From an uncultured bacterium (GTDB lineage: Bacteria; Patescibacteriota; Minisyncoccia; Phycocordibacterales; CAIRYW01), in assembly GCA_963766885.1 (NCBI GenBank), contig CAVYBO010000002.1, positions 528,606 to 592,605 of the forward strand: 64,000 bases of DNA. The letters are read 5' to 3'. The translations under genes were made by a program, and so were the position numbers. Shown in pieces: positions 38,628 through 47,282 of the stretch; within the stretch, counting starts at the first letter, position 1; the number at the start of each line of letters is the position of its first letter. The notes beneath the pieces were generated by a model, which saw only the letters and a program-made list of their open reading frames with translations, was not told where the DNA came from and searched no databases.

Positions 38628-39259
38628 GTTCTCAAGATTTTGTTCCAATAAAAGAAGTAAGGGAAGGCGTCGTGATTATGAAAGACGGCTCCCTTAGGAA
38701 TATCATTATGACTTCTTCAATAAACTTCGCCCTCAAAAGTGAAGACGAGCAAGAAGCGATTATAATCCAATTCCAAAATTTCTTGAATACTCTGAATTTT
38801 TCAATTCAGATTTTTATGCAATCCCGTCGTTTGGATATTAGACCGTACATTGCCCTTTTGGAAAATGTTCTCAAAGAACAGAGGAACGACTTGCTTAAAA
38901 TCCAAACCAGAGAATATATCGCTTTTATCAAGACGTTCACCGAGCAGGTAAACGTTATGAGCAAGAGTTTTTTTATCGTAGTGTCTTATGAACCAGCCAT
39001 GCTAAAAATGAAAAAAAACCCTGTAAGTAAATTCATTGGGTCTAAAAAAGAAGAGGATAAAGTGCAGAGTAATGACAATTTTGAAGAACAGCGGGAACAG
39101 CTTCTTGAAAGAGTGGAAGTGGTTATTCAAGGGCTGACTAGACTGGGTGTACGGTCTTTGACTCTCGGCACCGAGGAAGTCATTGAGCTTTATTACAAGC
39201 TTTTCAACCCAGGTGAAACAGAGAAGCCTATAAATATAAACCAAGTAGTAGAACATTAA
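38618..39259 (+). CDS. VirB4-family ATPase, N-terminal fragment
   Basis: DFVPIKEVREGVVIMKDGSLRNIIMTSSINFALKSEDEQEAIIIQFQNFLNTL resembles the N-terminus of Gram-positive VirB4 homologues (TrsE/Orf16-type). Stops 2 nt before the next ORF. Confidence 0.55.
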   Translation: MAISSQDFVPIKEVREGVVIMKDGSLRNIIMTSSINFALKSEDEQEAIIIQFQNFLNTLNFSIQIFMQSRRLDIRPYIALLENVLKEQRNDLLKIQTREYIAFIKTFTEQVNVMSKSFFIVVSYEPAMLKMKKNPVSKFIGSKKEEDKVQSNDNFEEQREQLLERVEVVIQGLTRLGVRSLTLGTEEVIELYYKLFNPGETEKPININQVVEH

Positions 39260-39261
39260 TT

Positions 39262-41085
39262 ATGTCAGTATTAGATAAATTATTTAATAGAAAACAAGAT
39301 TCACAATTGCGGCCCGCAACAGCAATATTGCCGGAAGAAATTTACGAATCGGCGGTATTGGAACTCAAAGACGTCATCGCTCCATCAGCCATCAAAGTAT
39401 CTCCTCGAGAACTCAATCTGGGCGACAAAATAGCCAGAACATTTTTTGTTATTTCTTATCCAAGATTTTTGACCGAAAGCTGGTTCGCGCCGATAATCAA
39501 TCTGGATAAAATTTTTGATGTTTCAATATTCATTCATCCGATAGACACAGCTCAAATCCTTAGAACATTTCAAAAAAAAGTGGCAGAAGTCCAAAGCCAG
39601 ATACATATGCGGGAAGCAAAGGGCTTGGTCAGAGACCCTGTGCTAGACACCGCATATCAAGACCTGGAACAACTTCGAGACCAGCTGCAACAAGCCCAAG
39701 AAAAAATATTTGATGTTGGACTTTACTTCAGTATTTATGGCAGCACCGATGAAGAATTGGACAAGATCGAATCAGAAATAAAGTCCATCCTTGAATCAAA
39801 GCTTGTTTACGTAAAGCCTGCGCTATTTCAGCAAGAACAGGGCTTCAGAAGCGTTATGCCATTTTGTAATGATGAGCTCAACGTCAATTCCAAATTAAAT
39901 TCTTCTCCGCTTTCAAGCGTTTTCCCGTTTATTTCTTTTGACCTGACAAGCGACAAAGGTATTCTCTACGGCGTCAATCGTCATAATTCCAGCCTTATTC
40001 TTTTTGACAGATTCTCTCTTGAAAATTACAACTCAGTAACGTTCGCCAAAGCGGGAAGCGGCAAAAGCTACTGCACCAAACTTGAAATTCTGCGTAGTCT
40101 GATGTTTGACATAGATGTTATTGTTATTGACCCGGAAAAAGAATACGAATATTTATCCGAAGCCACAGGCGGAAGATATTTTAATATTTCCTTGAATTCC
40201 GAGCACCATATCAATCCTTTTGACCTGCCGATTCCAAGAGAAGACGAATCTCCTGCAGATGTTTTGAGAGGAAATATTATTAACCTTGTGGGACTCTTTA
40301 GAATAATGCTTGGCGGCATCACTCCTGAAGAAGACTCGATCATAGACAAAGCAATTACTGAAACATACGCTCTCAAAGACATTACCCCAGAATCAGATTT
40401 TGGATCAATTGAGCCGCCGCTTCTTTCTGACTTTGAATTGGTGCTCGCAGGAATGGAAGGCGGTGATTCGCTTGTACAACGCCTTGAAAAATACACCAAA
40501 GGCACATGGGCGGGATTTATCAACAAGCCGTCAAACGTGGACATCAACAAAAAATTCGTGGTGTTTTCACTGCGAGATATGGAAGACGAGCTCAAACCTG
40601 TGGCAATGTATATCGTCACTCACTATATATGGAACGCTATCAGGCAGAAATTAAAGAAAAGAATTCTGGTTATTGATGAGGCCTGGTGGATGATGAAGTC
40701 CGAAGACACAGCGTCGTTCCTGCTTGGGCTTGCTAAACGATGCAGAAAATATTTTCTTGGGCTTGCCACAATCACCCAAGACGTGGACGACTTTCTCAAA
40801 TCTCCATACGGCTTGCCGATTATCACAAACTCATCCATTCAGATTTTGCTCAAGCAATCCCCGTCTTCAATAGACAACGTGCAGCATACTTTTAACTTAA
40901 CAGATGAAGAAAAATATCTTTTACTTGAATCAGATGTCGGTGAAGGAATATTTTTTGCTGGCCTCAAGCACGTGGCAATCAAAATCATTGCTTCATACAC
41001 CGAAGACCAAATCATCACTTCTGACCCATCTCAAGTTTTGGCAATTCAACAGGCCAAGAAAGATGCTGAGGAGGATAAGTTATAA
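39262..41085 (+). CDS. VirB4/TrsE/PrgJ-family type IV secretion ATPase, main part
   Basis: Walker A FAKAGSGKSYCTKLEI, Walker B VLVIDEAWWMM and CagE/TrbE/VirB domain features. Confidence 0.8.
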   Translation: MSVLDKLFNRKQDSQLRPATAILPEEIYESAVLELKDVIAPSAIKVSPRELNLGDKIARTFFVISYPRFLTESWFAPIINLDKIFDVSIFIHPIDTAQILRTFQKKVAEVQSQIHMREAKGLVRDPVLDTAYQDLEQLRDQLQQAQEKIFDVGLYFSIYGSTDEELDKIESEIKSILESKLVYVKPALFQQEQGFRSVMPFCNDELNVNSKLNSSPLSSVFPFISFDLTSDKGILYGVNRHNSSLILFDRFSLENYNSVTFAKAGSGKSYCTKLEILRSLMFDIDVIVIDPEKEYEYLSEATGGRYFNISLNSEHHINPFDLPIPREDESPADVLRGNIINLVGLFRIMLGGITPEEDSIIDKAITETYALKDITPESDFGSIEPPLLSDFELVLAGMEGGDSLVQRLEKYTKGTWAGFINKPSNVDINKKFVVFSLRDMEDELKPVAMYIVTHYIWNAIRQKLKKRILVIDEAWWMMKSEDTASFLLGLAKRCRKYFLGLATITQDVDDFLKSPYGLPIITNSSIQILLKQSPSSIDNVQHTFNLTDEEKYLLLESDVGEGIFFAGLKHVAIKIIASYTEDQIITSDPSQVLAIQQAKKDAEEDKL

Positions 41086-41086
41086 A

Positions 41087-41659
41087 ATGGATAAAAAAGA
41101 AAGAATTTCAAAAGGCACCAGAAAACTAATGATTGGCTTTACGTTAACCCTGGATGCAATAAAGTTTTTGCTTGCAATTCTAGTAATAGGCGAAATTGCC
41201 AATAGGCTTATAAATATTTTTGCGGAAATAATACTTTGGATATGGTTTAAATCCAAGGGAGTAAGTTTTTATGGGTCAAGAAATGCAGTCAGGGCTGGCA
41301 CTACTTTTTTTATCGGAACAACACTTGGAGAAGTACCTGTGGTTGGGGACTGCTTATTAACTGTTGAAACAGCTTTGATACTTTATATGATAAAATTGGA
41401 AGATAAGACAGGACTTTCAACACAAAAATTAATACAGGATCCGGTCCAGATGAATAAAATTGTCCGATACGGCCAAAAAATTAATAATAAAATACAAAAA
41501 ACAGGCAACCCTCAACAGCAAAAAATTATAGCCCAAAGGGAACATTTAGCAAAACGAAACGCGGATAATCAGCCTAAAAACATACTCACTCCAGCAAATT
41601 TAAGTAAAAATAATGTCGAAAATAATTCAACACAAGAAAATCTTCAAGCCGCTGCTTAG
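41087..41659 (+). CDS. Hypothetical membrane protein
   Basis: Start taken at MDKKER immediately after the VirB4 stop. 2-3 TM helices. Confidence 0.4.
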   Translation: MDKKERISKGTRKLMIGFTLTLDAIKFLLAILVIGEIANRLINIFAEIILWIWFKSKGVSFYGSRNAVRAGTTFFIGTTLGEVPVVGDCLLTVETALILYMIKLEDKTGLSTQKLIQDPVQMNKIVRYGQKINNKIQKTGNPQQQKIIAQREHLAKRNADNQPKNILTPANLSKNNVENNSTQENLQAAA

Positions 41660-42692
41660 CGCTTTGGGTCTTATATGCATATTTGGATTTGCATTTGAAG
41701 TAAAAGCTCAATTGGACACTTCTCCTTCTATTCCTTCCGAGATACCAGAAATCCAAGAACAAGTTTACGTTGACCAAGCTCCGGGAAATCCAAATCCGGG
41801 AGACACGGTGAAAATAAGTTTGGAAGCCTACGGCACAGACTTGAACTCCGCAAATGTTACTTGGAAAATTAACGGCACCGTTGCCAAAGAAGGCAGGGGG
41901 ATTGCAGAGCTTGATGTTGTTGCCGGAGATTCTGGCACCAAAAAAACCGTAGATGTATATATCGACCCTCCAAATGGCCCAGAGATACAAAAAACAGTAG
42001 TCATAGAGCCGGAGCAACTGGATATTGTATGGGAAGCCAAAGCATATACACCTCCGTTTTATAAAGGCAAAGCCTTGTATGCTCCGCAAGAAAAAGTTGT
42101 CATTGCTGCTTTTCCAAACTTTGAAGCAGATGGTTCAGTTGGAGTTGACCCAAGCCACATCTCATACAGTTGGACAAACAATCTTGACGCTGTGCCGCAA
42201 TATTCCGGTTACGGATCAAACTATATGCTTTTCCAAGGGCCGATTGTCCAAGATGATCAATATATATATGTAACAGCAACAGCCGATTCTGGAGCTAGCG
42301 CTGAAGCCAATATAGACATGCTTCCAACGCTCCCAAATGTTTTAGTTTACGAAGACAATCCGCTTTATGGAGTATTATTCAACAAAGCACTGCCGGCAAA
42401 CTTTAGTCTTCAAGACAGCCAGACCACATTGGCGGCTTATCCATATTACTTTGGATTTACATCACAGACTGATCCAAATGCAGAATATCAGTGGACAATT
42501 AATGGACAAAATATTTCTGCTTCGCAAAGTCAGGCTACAATGGTATTTACCAACTCTTCTGGACAATCCGGAAGCTCTGAGGTAGGTATTGATGTACAGA
42601 ATGCAAACAATTTTTTGGAAGAAGCAACCCAGAATCTAAATATAAATTTTAATGCAACGAGCAATCAACAGAATACAGGTGTATCATTTTAA
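41613..42692 (+). CDS. Secreted or membrane-anchored hypothetical protein
   Basis: Signal/anchor LLSALGLICIFGFAFEVKAQ. No family recognised. Confidence 0.4.
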   Translation: MSKIIQHKKIFKPLLSALGLICIFGFAFEVKAQLDTSPSIPSEIPEIQEQVYVDQAPGNPNPGDTVKISLEAYGTDLNSANVTWKINGTVAKEGRGIAELDVVAGDSGTKKTVDVYIDPPNGPEIQKTVVIEPEQLDIVWEAKAYTPPFYKGKALYAPQEKVVIAAFPNFEADGSVGVDPSHISYSWTNNLDAVPQYSGYGSNYMLFQGPIVQDDQYIYVTATADSGASAEANIDMLPTLPNVLVYEDNPLYGVLFNKALPANFSLQDSQTTLAAYPYYFGFTSQTDPNAEYQWTINGQNISASQSQATMVFTNSSGQSGSSEVGIDVQNANNFLEEATQNLNINFNATSNQQNTGVSF

Positions 42693-42696
42693 TTAA

Positions 42697-43911
42697 ATGC
42701 AAAATATTAAAAACCAAAAAAATAGACTCTTCAAAATAATAATATTTTTTATTGTTTTAACTTCTTCTGCAGGTTTGGTAAAAGCCCAACAAACAGCACA
42801 ACCGTACACTCAACTTGCTCCTATTACTTTGCCGTCTGCTTTGCCAGGTAGCAGCAACCAAATTACAAGCAGCAACTTAGGACAATATTTTTCTCAGATG
42901 TATCAATTAGGGGTAGGAGTGGCTACGGCATTAGCAGTACTAATGATAATTCTTGGAGGAGTTGAGTATGTGACCACAGACGCAATTGGTGGCAAAGAAG
43001 AGGGAAAAACAAAAGTTCAGAATGCAATATTAGGACTTTTACTAGCTTTAGGCTCGTGGATAATTCTCAATACAATTAATCCCGCTTTCTTGAATACCAA
43101 CTTGCAGATTTCAAATGTCACTTTGAATTGTACTAATCCTGCTGGCTGCGGGCCTGGATTTGGAAATTCTAATGGGTTAAGTACAGGAAATGGTGGGGAA
43201 GGAGCAGGAACAAACAACAGCACAGTGGGTGCTTTAACACCTAGTCAACTTGCAATTAATAGTATGACACCAGCTCAACAACAAGCTTATGAGCAGGCTC
43301 TTTATGATCAAGCCATGGGTAATCCTCTAACACCAGATGATCTAGCCGCAATGTCAGAATACAACACTGCACTTACCGCTGATAGTTCCAGTTCCAATGC
43401 CACTGGTGGAGTCCCAAATAATGGAGGAAACATTGCGCAAAATTCTTTAGCAGGATCAACTTTTCCAGCAGGTAGTGGTGTTACAAATGCGCAGGTGTTA
43501 AATTTAATAAATCAATCAGGACTTACAGGACTAAGTCCATCCGATGCTTCTAATTATTTTCCAAATGGACAAATCACAGCTCAGGATTATGAGAGTCTTC
43601 TTGCAAGTGTGGCAGACAGTGAATCTGGATTTAACCCACAAGATAATACTAATGGCAAAACTGTTGATTATATTGACCCGAATACTGGTCAGCCGGTGTA
43701 CTCGGAAGGTCTTTTTTCACTTAGTACAACAGATCCAGCAGTAACAGCTTTGGCAAACCAATATGGAATTACCCCTCAACAAGTTATAAGCAATCCCCTA
43801 TATAATACTCAAGCTGCAATAAATATTTTAAAAACTCAAATACAAAAAACCGGATCTATAGCTGGTAATGCTGGCATACATTATTGGGGACCGCTTTATA
43901 AGGGAGAGTAG
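42697..43911 (+). CDS. VirB2/TrbC-like membrane domain fused to SLT-type lytic transglycosylase (VirB1-like)
   Basis: N-terminal signal plus two hydrophobic segments (YQLGVGVATALAVLMIILGGVEYV...AILGLLLALGSWIILN). C-terminal ESGFNPQDNTNG...GLFSLS corresponds to the SLT E-S-x-F-N-P ... GLMQ motifs. Confidence 0.5.
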   Translation: MQNIKNQKNRLFKIIIFFIVLTSSAGLVKAQQTAQPYTQLAPITLPSALPGSSNQITSSNLGQYFSQMYQLGVGVATALAVLMIILGGVEYVTTDAIGGKEEGKTKVQNAILGLLLALGSWIILNTINPAFLNTNLQISNVTLNCTNPAGCGPGFGNSNGLSTGNGGEGAGTNNSTVGALTPSQLAINSMTPAQQQAYEQALYDQAMGNPLTPDDLAAMSEYNTALTADSSSSNATGGVPNNGGNIAQNSLAGSTFPAGSGVTNAQVLNLINQSGLTGLSPSDASNYFPNGQITAQDYESLLASVADSESGFNPQDNTNGKTVDYIDPNTGQPVYSEGLFSLSTTDPAVTALANQYGITPQQVISNPLYNTQAAINILKTQIQKTGSIAGNAGIHYWGPLYKGE

Positions 43912-43951
43912 AGATTATAATAATCCAATTAAATTTGTATAAAATATAAAA

Positions 43952-45394
43952 ATGTCCAGAAAACAAATATTCATAATATTCTCACTAATCCTGCTTATTT
44001 TGATTTTTGTTTTTATTTATATTTTTGCTTTGCTCCAAAAAAACAATGGCCAATACGATCTAAGCGACGGATTTTCAAATTCTGTCAGAGGTTTTCTTCC
44101 TTTTGGCAATCTGGCTCCGTCAAATGTCGTAAGTAATAATCAAAATTTAAACCCAAATAGCAGTCCATCAAATATTTCTTCCACAACTCTACCAGAAATT
44201 ATGCCCCGTCTTCGAGAAATTTCTTCTGTGCCTGTGGCCGGATCTGAAATCGTAGCAAGGGAAAGAGATGTTGTTGTAAACAAAGTTAAAACAAAAGTTT
44301 ATGATCAATACATCAGATTTGTGGACAGGGCAACGGGCCATGTTTTTGAAACCAAAAGTGATAGCCCTGCTATCACAGAAATTTCCGATACCACAATACC
44401 AAAAGTTTATGAAGTGGATTTTTCTTCAAATCCGAATGTGGCGATTTTCAGATCGTTGGATGAATCCACAGATACTATTCTTTCTGAAGTGGCCACTCTA
44501 GCAAGTTCAACTTTACCAATACAAGCCACTTCCACAGCTTTTGAAATAAATTCTACCTCAACAACAACCAGCACTTCAACAGTTGAAGTTTATACTGGCA
44601 CTCCTTACAAAACTGAAATCTCATATCTTCCTAACAATATTGCAAATCTTGCCGTGGGTCCTAGCTTGCAAAAAATGATTTATTCACTGCCAAATGCTAG
44701 TGGAGGAAACATACTAGTTTCAAATATAGACGGCTCCAAACCTTTGGTGGCATTTACTTCTGCTCTCAGCGGCTGGCTGCTTAGCTGGCCAAACTCCAAA
44801 TATACGGTTTTGACTACCAAGCCATCCGGCTTTGCCAACGGCATCTCGCTTCTGTTAAATCTTTCGAGCGGCTCTTTAAGCAAAATTGCTTCTGGCAATG
44901 GCCTGACAACTCTTGTTTCTCCAGATTTAAGCACAGCTTTAGTCGGGAAAGGTGGATTAACAATGGATTTGAGTGCGGAGAACTTAAAAGACAGCAGTTC
45001 TTTAGGACTCTCTCTTCAAACTCTTCCTGAAAAATGTGTCTGGGCAAATACTGAAAACTCAATTGCATATTGTGCTATTCCTAACATAGTGCCTAAAGGC
45101 ACTTACCCAGATGATTGGTATCAAGGATTAATTTCATTTACAGATAATATTTGGGAAATAAATACCTCAACAGGAGTAAGTAATATAGTTGCCGCACTTT
45201 CGGAAGATTACAATCAAAACATCGACGCTATCAACCTGCAAATTTCTTCAGATGATTCTTATCTTACTTTTATGAACAAAGATGATCTGACTCTCTGGGG
45301 ATACTGGCTTCGCCTTGCAACTTCAACTCAAGCAACATCCACCACAGCTTCAACCAACAAATCAAATAGTGCCTCCACTTCTGCCACCTTCTAA
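43952..45394 (+). CDS. Membrane-anchored Ser/Thr-rich hypothetical protein
   Basis: N-terminal TM helix IFIIFSLILLILIFVFIYIFALL. Last gene of the co-directional cluster. Confidence 0.4.
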   Translation: MSRKQIFIIFSLILLILIFVFIYIFALLQKNNGQYDLSDGFSNSVRGFLPFGNLAPSNVVSNNQNLNPNSSPSNISSTTLPEIMPRLREISSVPVAGSEIVARERDVVVNKVKTKVYDQYIRFVDRATGHVFETKSDSPAITEISDTTIPKVYEVDFSSNPNVAIFRSLDESTDTILSEVATLASSTLPIQATSTAFEINSTSTTTSTSTVEVYTGTPYKTEISYLPNNIANLAVGPSLQKMIYSLPNASGGNILVSNIDGSKPLVAFTSALSGWLLSWPNSKYTVLTTKPSGFANGISLLLNLSSGSLSKIASGNGLTTLVSPDLSTALVGKGGLTMDLSAENLKDSSSLGLSLQTLPEKCVWANTENSIAYCAIPNIVPKGTYPDDWYQGLISFTDNIWEINTSTGVSNIVAALSEDYNQNIDAINLQISSDDSYLTFMNKDDLTLWGYWLRLATSTQATSTTASTNKSNSASTSATF

Positions 45395-45873
45395 ATATTT
45401 TCAGAAATTTTATCCAGTTCGTTTTGTTTTTCAACAAACTTAACAATAATCCTTCTGAATTTTCCTTCACCGACTGATTCGGTTTTTATATAAGGCATTG
45501 ATTCAAGCGCTGTATGCACAATCATCCTGTCGTAGGAGGACATCGGTTCCATCTCAATATCTTTTTTGAATTCTCTGGCACGCTCAGCAATGATTTTGGC
45601 TTTGGTTTTTAAAGTTTCTTCCTGCTTTTGTTTTATATTATTAAAATCCACTGAAACTTTTTTTTCTTCTCCAAGAATTTTTTCAGCCATTCTTTTAAGC
45701 AGATAGGACAGGGCATCGAACCTGTCTTTGTCTCTGCTGATAAAATCCTTGCTTTCATCGCACTTTATAGAAATAAGATAGCCAAATTCGCTTTGTTCTA
45801 TCTGAATATCACACTCCGAAATGCCGAGTTTATCTAAAAAAGATAAAGTTTGATTTTTTAGGTCTTCTATCAT
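45391..45873 (-). CDS. Jag/KhpB-like RNA-binding protein (KH + R3H)
   Basis: Position after yidC, domain pattern, and C-terminal R3H-like region. Confidence 0.65.
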   Translation of the reverse strand: MIEDLKNQTLSFLDKLGISECDIQIEQSEFGYLISIKCDESKDFISRDKDRFDALSYLLKRMAEKILGEEKKVSVDFNNIKQKQEETLKTKAKIIAERAREFKKDIEMEPMSSYDRMIVHTALESMPYIKTESVGEGKFRRIIVKFVEKQNELDKISENI

Positions 45874-45915
45874 AGACCTTTATCTTATATATTCAATGCC
45901 CAAAGTCAACCGAGA

Positions 45916-46635
45916 TTAGACTGTAGGATTTTTTCTTTTTCTTCTTACGATAAATTCTTGAATAGACATAAATGTGCTTCTGGAAGCCCAATAAAGGGGC
46001 AGGGCGCTTGGAAGAGTGGTGCCTATCATCAGGATAATGACAGGCAAAAAGTACTTCATCTGCATATTCATTGAATGAGCAAAATCCTCAGCCATGCTGC
46101 CGTTTTCGCTTTTCTTTGTTTTTGGAGACATAATCTGGGCTTGGATAAATTGGGCAACCCCCGCAATTATTGCCATAAAAATGTTTTTCTTGCTTATGTT
46201 AAGAATGCCCAAAAAATTCATGTTTACCATCTTAGGGATCATCACAAAAGGATAAAGCGTTTTGACATTTATCGAGGGTAAGCCTCCTTTATAAAAAACA
46301 TAATACAAGCCCAAAAGAATAGGAATTTGGAGGAGAGCCACAACAATTCCTGAAAAGGGATTGATCTTGTATTTTTTATAAAGTTCTAGGGTCGCTTTTG
46401 TTTGCTGCTCTTTGTCTTTTATCTGCTCTTTGATTTTTTTTAGTTCCGGTTCAATCTCTTTCATTTTGAGCTGGGTTTTGATTGCTTGTTTGGAAATTGA
46501 AAACAAAAGCAGGCTAACCACCAAGGTTGTTCCGATTACTGCAAGCCCAACATCATGATTGGGCATTATATCAATCAGCCAAACTAAAAGATTGTAGAGT
46601 GGAAGGTAGAAAATATTATTGAATAACCATTGCAT
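45916..46635 (-). CDS. yidC: Membrane protein insertase YidC/Oxa1 family
   Basis: Multi-TM 60-kDa inner-membrane protein family pattern. Sits in the rpmH-rnpA-yidC operon. Confidence 0.8.
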   Translation of the reverse strand: MQWLFNNIFYLPLYNLLVWLIDIMPNHDVGLAVIGTTLVVSLLLFSISKQAIKTQLKMKEIEPELKKIKEQIKDKEQQTKATLELYKKYKINPFSGIVVALLQIPILLGLYYVFYKGGLPSINVKTLYPFVMIPKMVNMNFLGILNISKKNIFMAIIAGVAQFIQAQIMSPKTKKSENGSMAEDFAHSMNMQMKYFLPVIILMIGTTLPSALPLYWASRSTFMSIQEFIVRRKRKNPTV

Positions 46636-46649
46636 AAAAATATTTTAAC

Positions 46650-47000
46650 TCATTGCGCTTTTTTAAGATAGTTGCTTTTAAGATACTCTACAAACTTTTC
46701 CGCTTGTTCTTTTAAATTTTCAAAATTAATATCAAGAGAATTTTTCTGAATAAAGACTACAGCTTCTACCGGTGGAATATTTAGAGCAAGCGGGGTAAAA
46801 GCTTCTCTTATTCTTCTTTTGGCCAAATTTCTTTGGACCGCCTTTTTAAATTCTTTTTTTGAAGCAACAAAGGCAATCTTTGGCTTTCCTACTGAGTTTT
46901 TTCTAAATCTGACATAAAAGCATTCCGAAGAATATTTTTGACTGCTTTTTAAGACCAAAGGGATTTCTTTGGCAGAGAGGGAGTGCGCTCTTTTCATCAA
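46650..47000 (-). CDS. rnpA: Ribonuclease P protein component
   Basis: RNLAKRRIRE motif. Between rpmH and yidC. Confidence 0.75.
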   Translation of the reverse strand: MMKRAHSLSAKEIPLVLKSSQKYSSECFYVRFRKNSVGKPKIAFVASKKEFKKAVQRNLAKRRIREAFTPLALNIPPVEAVVFIQKNSLDINFENLKEQAEKFVEYLKSNYLKKAQ

Positions 47001-47017
47001 AATAAATTTTAATCCGA

Positions 47018-47152
47018 TTAGACAGAAAGCTTCTTTCGGCCTTTTCTCATTCTGCTCTTGATTACTCTTTTACCTCCGTGAGTTTTCATCCTCACGAGGA
47101 ATCCGTGAGTTCTGGCTCGTTTTCTTTTTTTTGGCTGGTATGTTACTGACAT
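47018..47152 (-). CDS. rpmH: 50S ribosomal protein L34
   Basis: [44 protein letters not shown]. Start at the internal Met of the listed ORF. Confidence 0.85.
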   Translation of the reverse strand: MSVTYQPKKRKRARTHGFLVRMKTHGGKRVIKSRMRKGRKKLSV

Positions 47153-47207
47153 GATTTTAGTTGACAAACTATAATATAAAATGTTCTTTAATGCAAATTT
47201 GTTTTTG

Positions 47208-47216
47208 TTATCCACA
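47208..47216. promoter_or_regulatory. Consensus DnaA box TTATCCACA between rpmH and dnaA
   Basis: Perfect 9-mer seen directly in the rpmH-dnaA intergenic region. Confidence 0.5.
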
Positions 47217-47282
47217 AATTATCAACATACTTATGAACTTATTTCAAGTTCCTAAAGAACGCATGGATACTATAATTCTTTC

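Noticed and set aside
40068-40619. 183-aa minus-strand ORF
   Set aside because: Antisense within the VirB4 ATPase gene.
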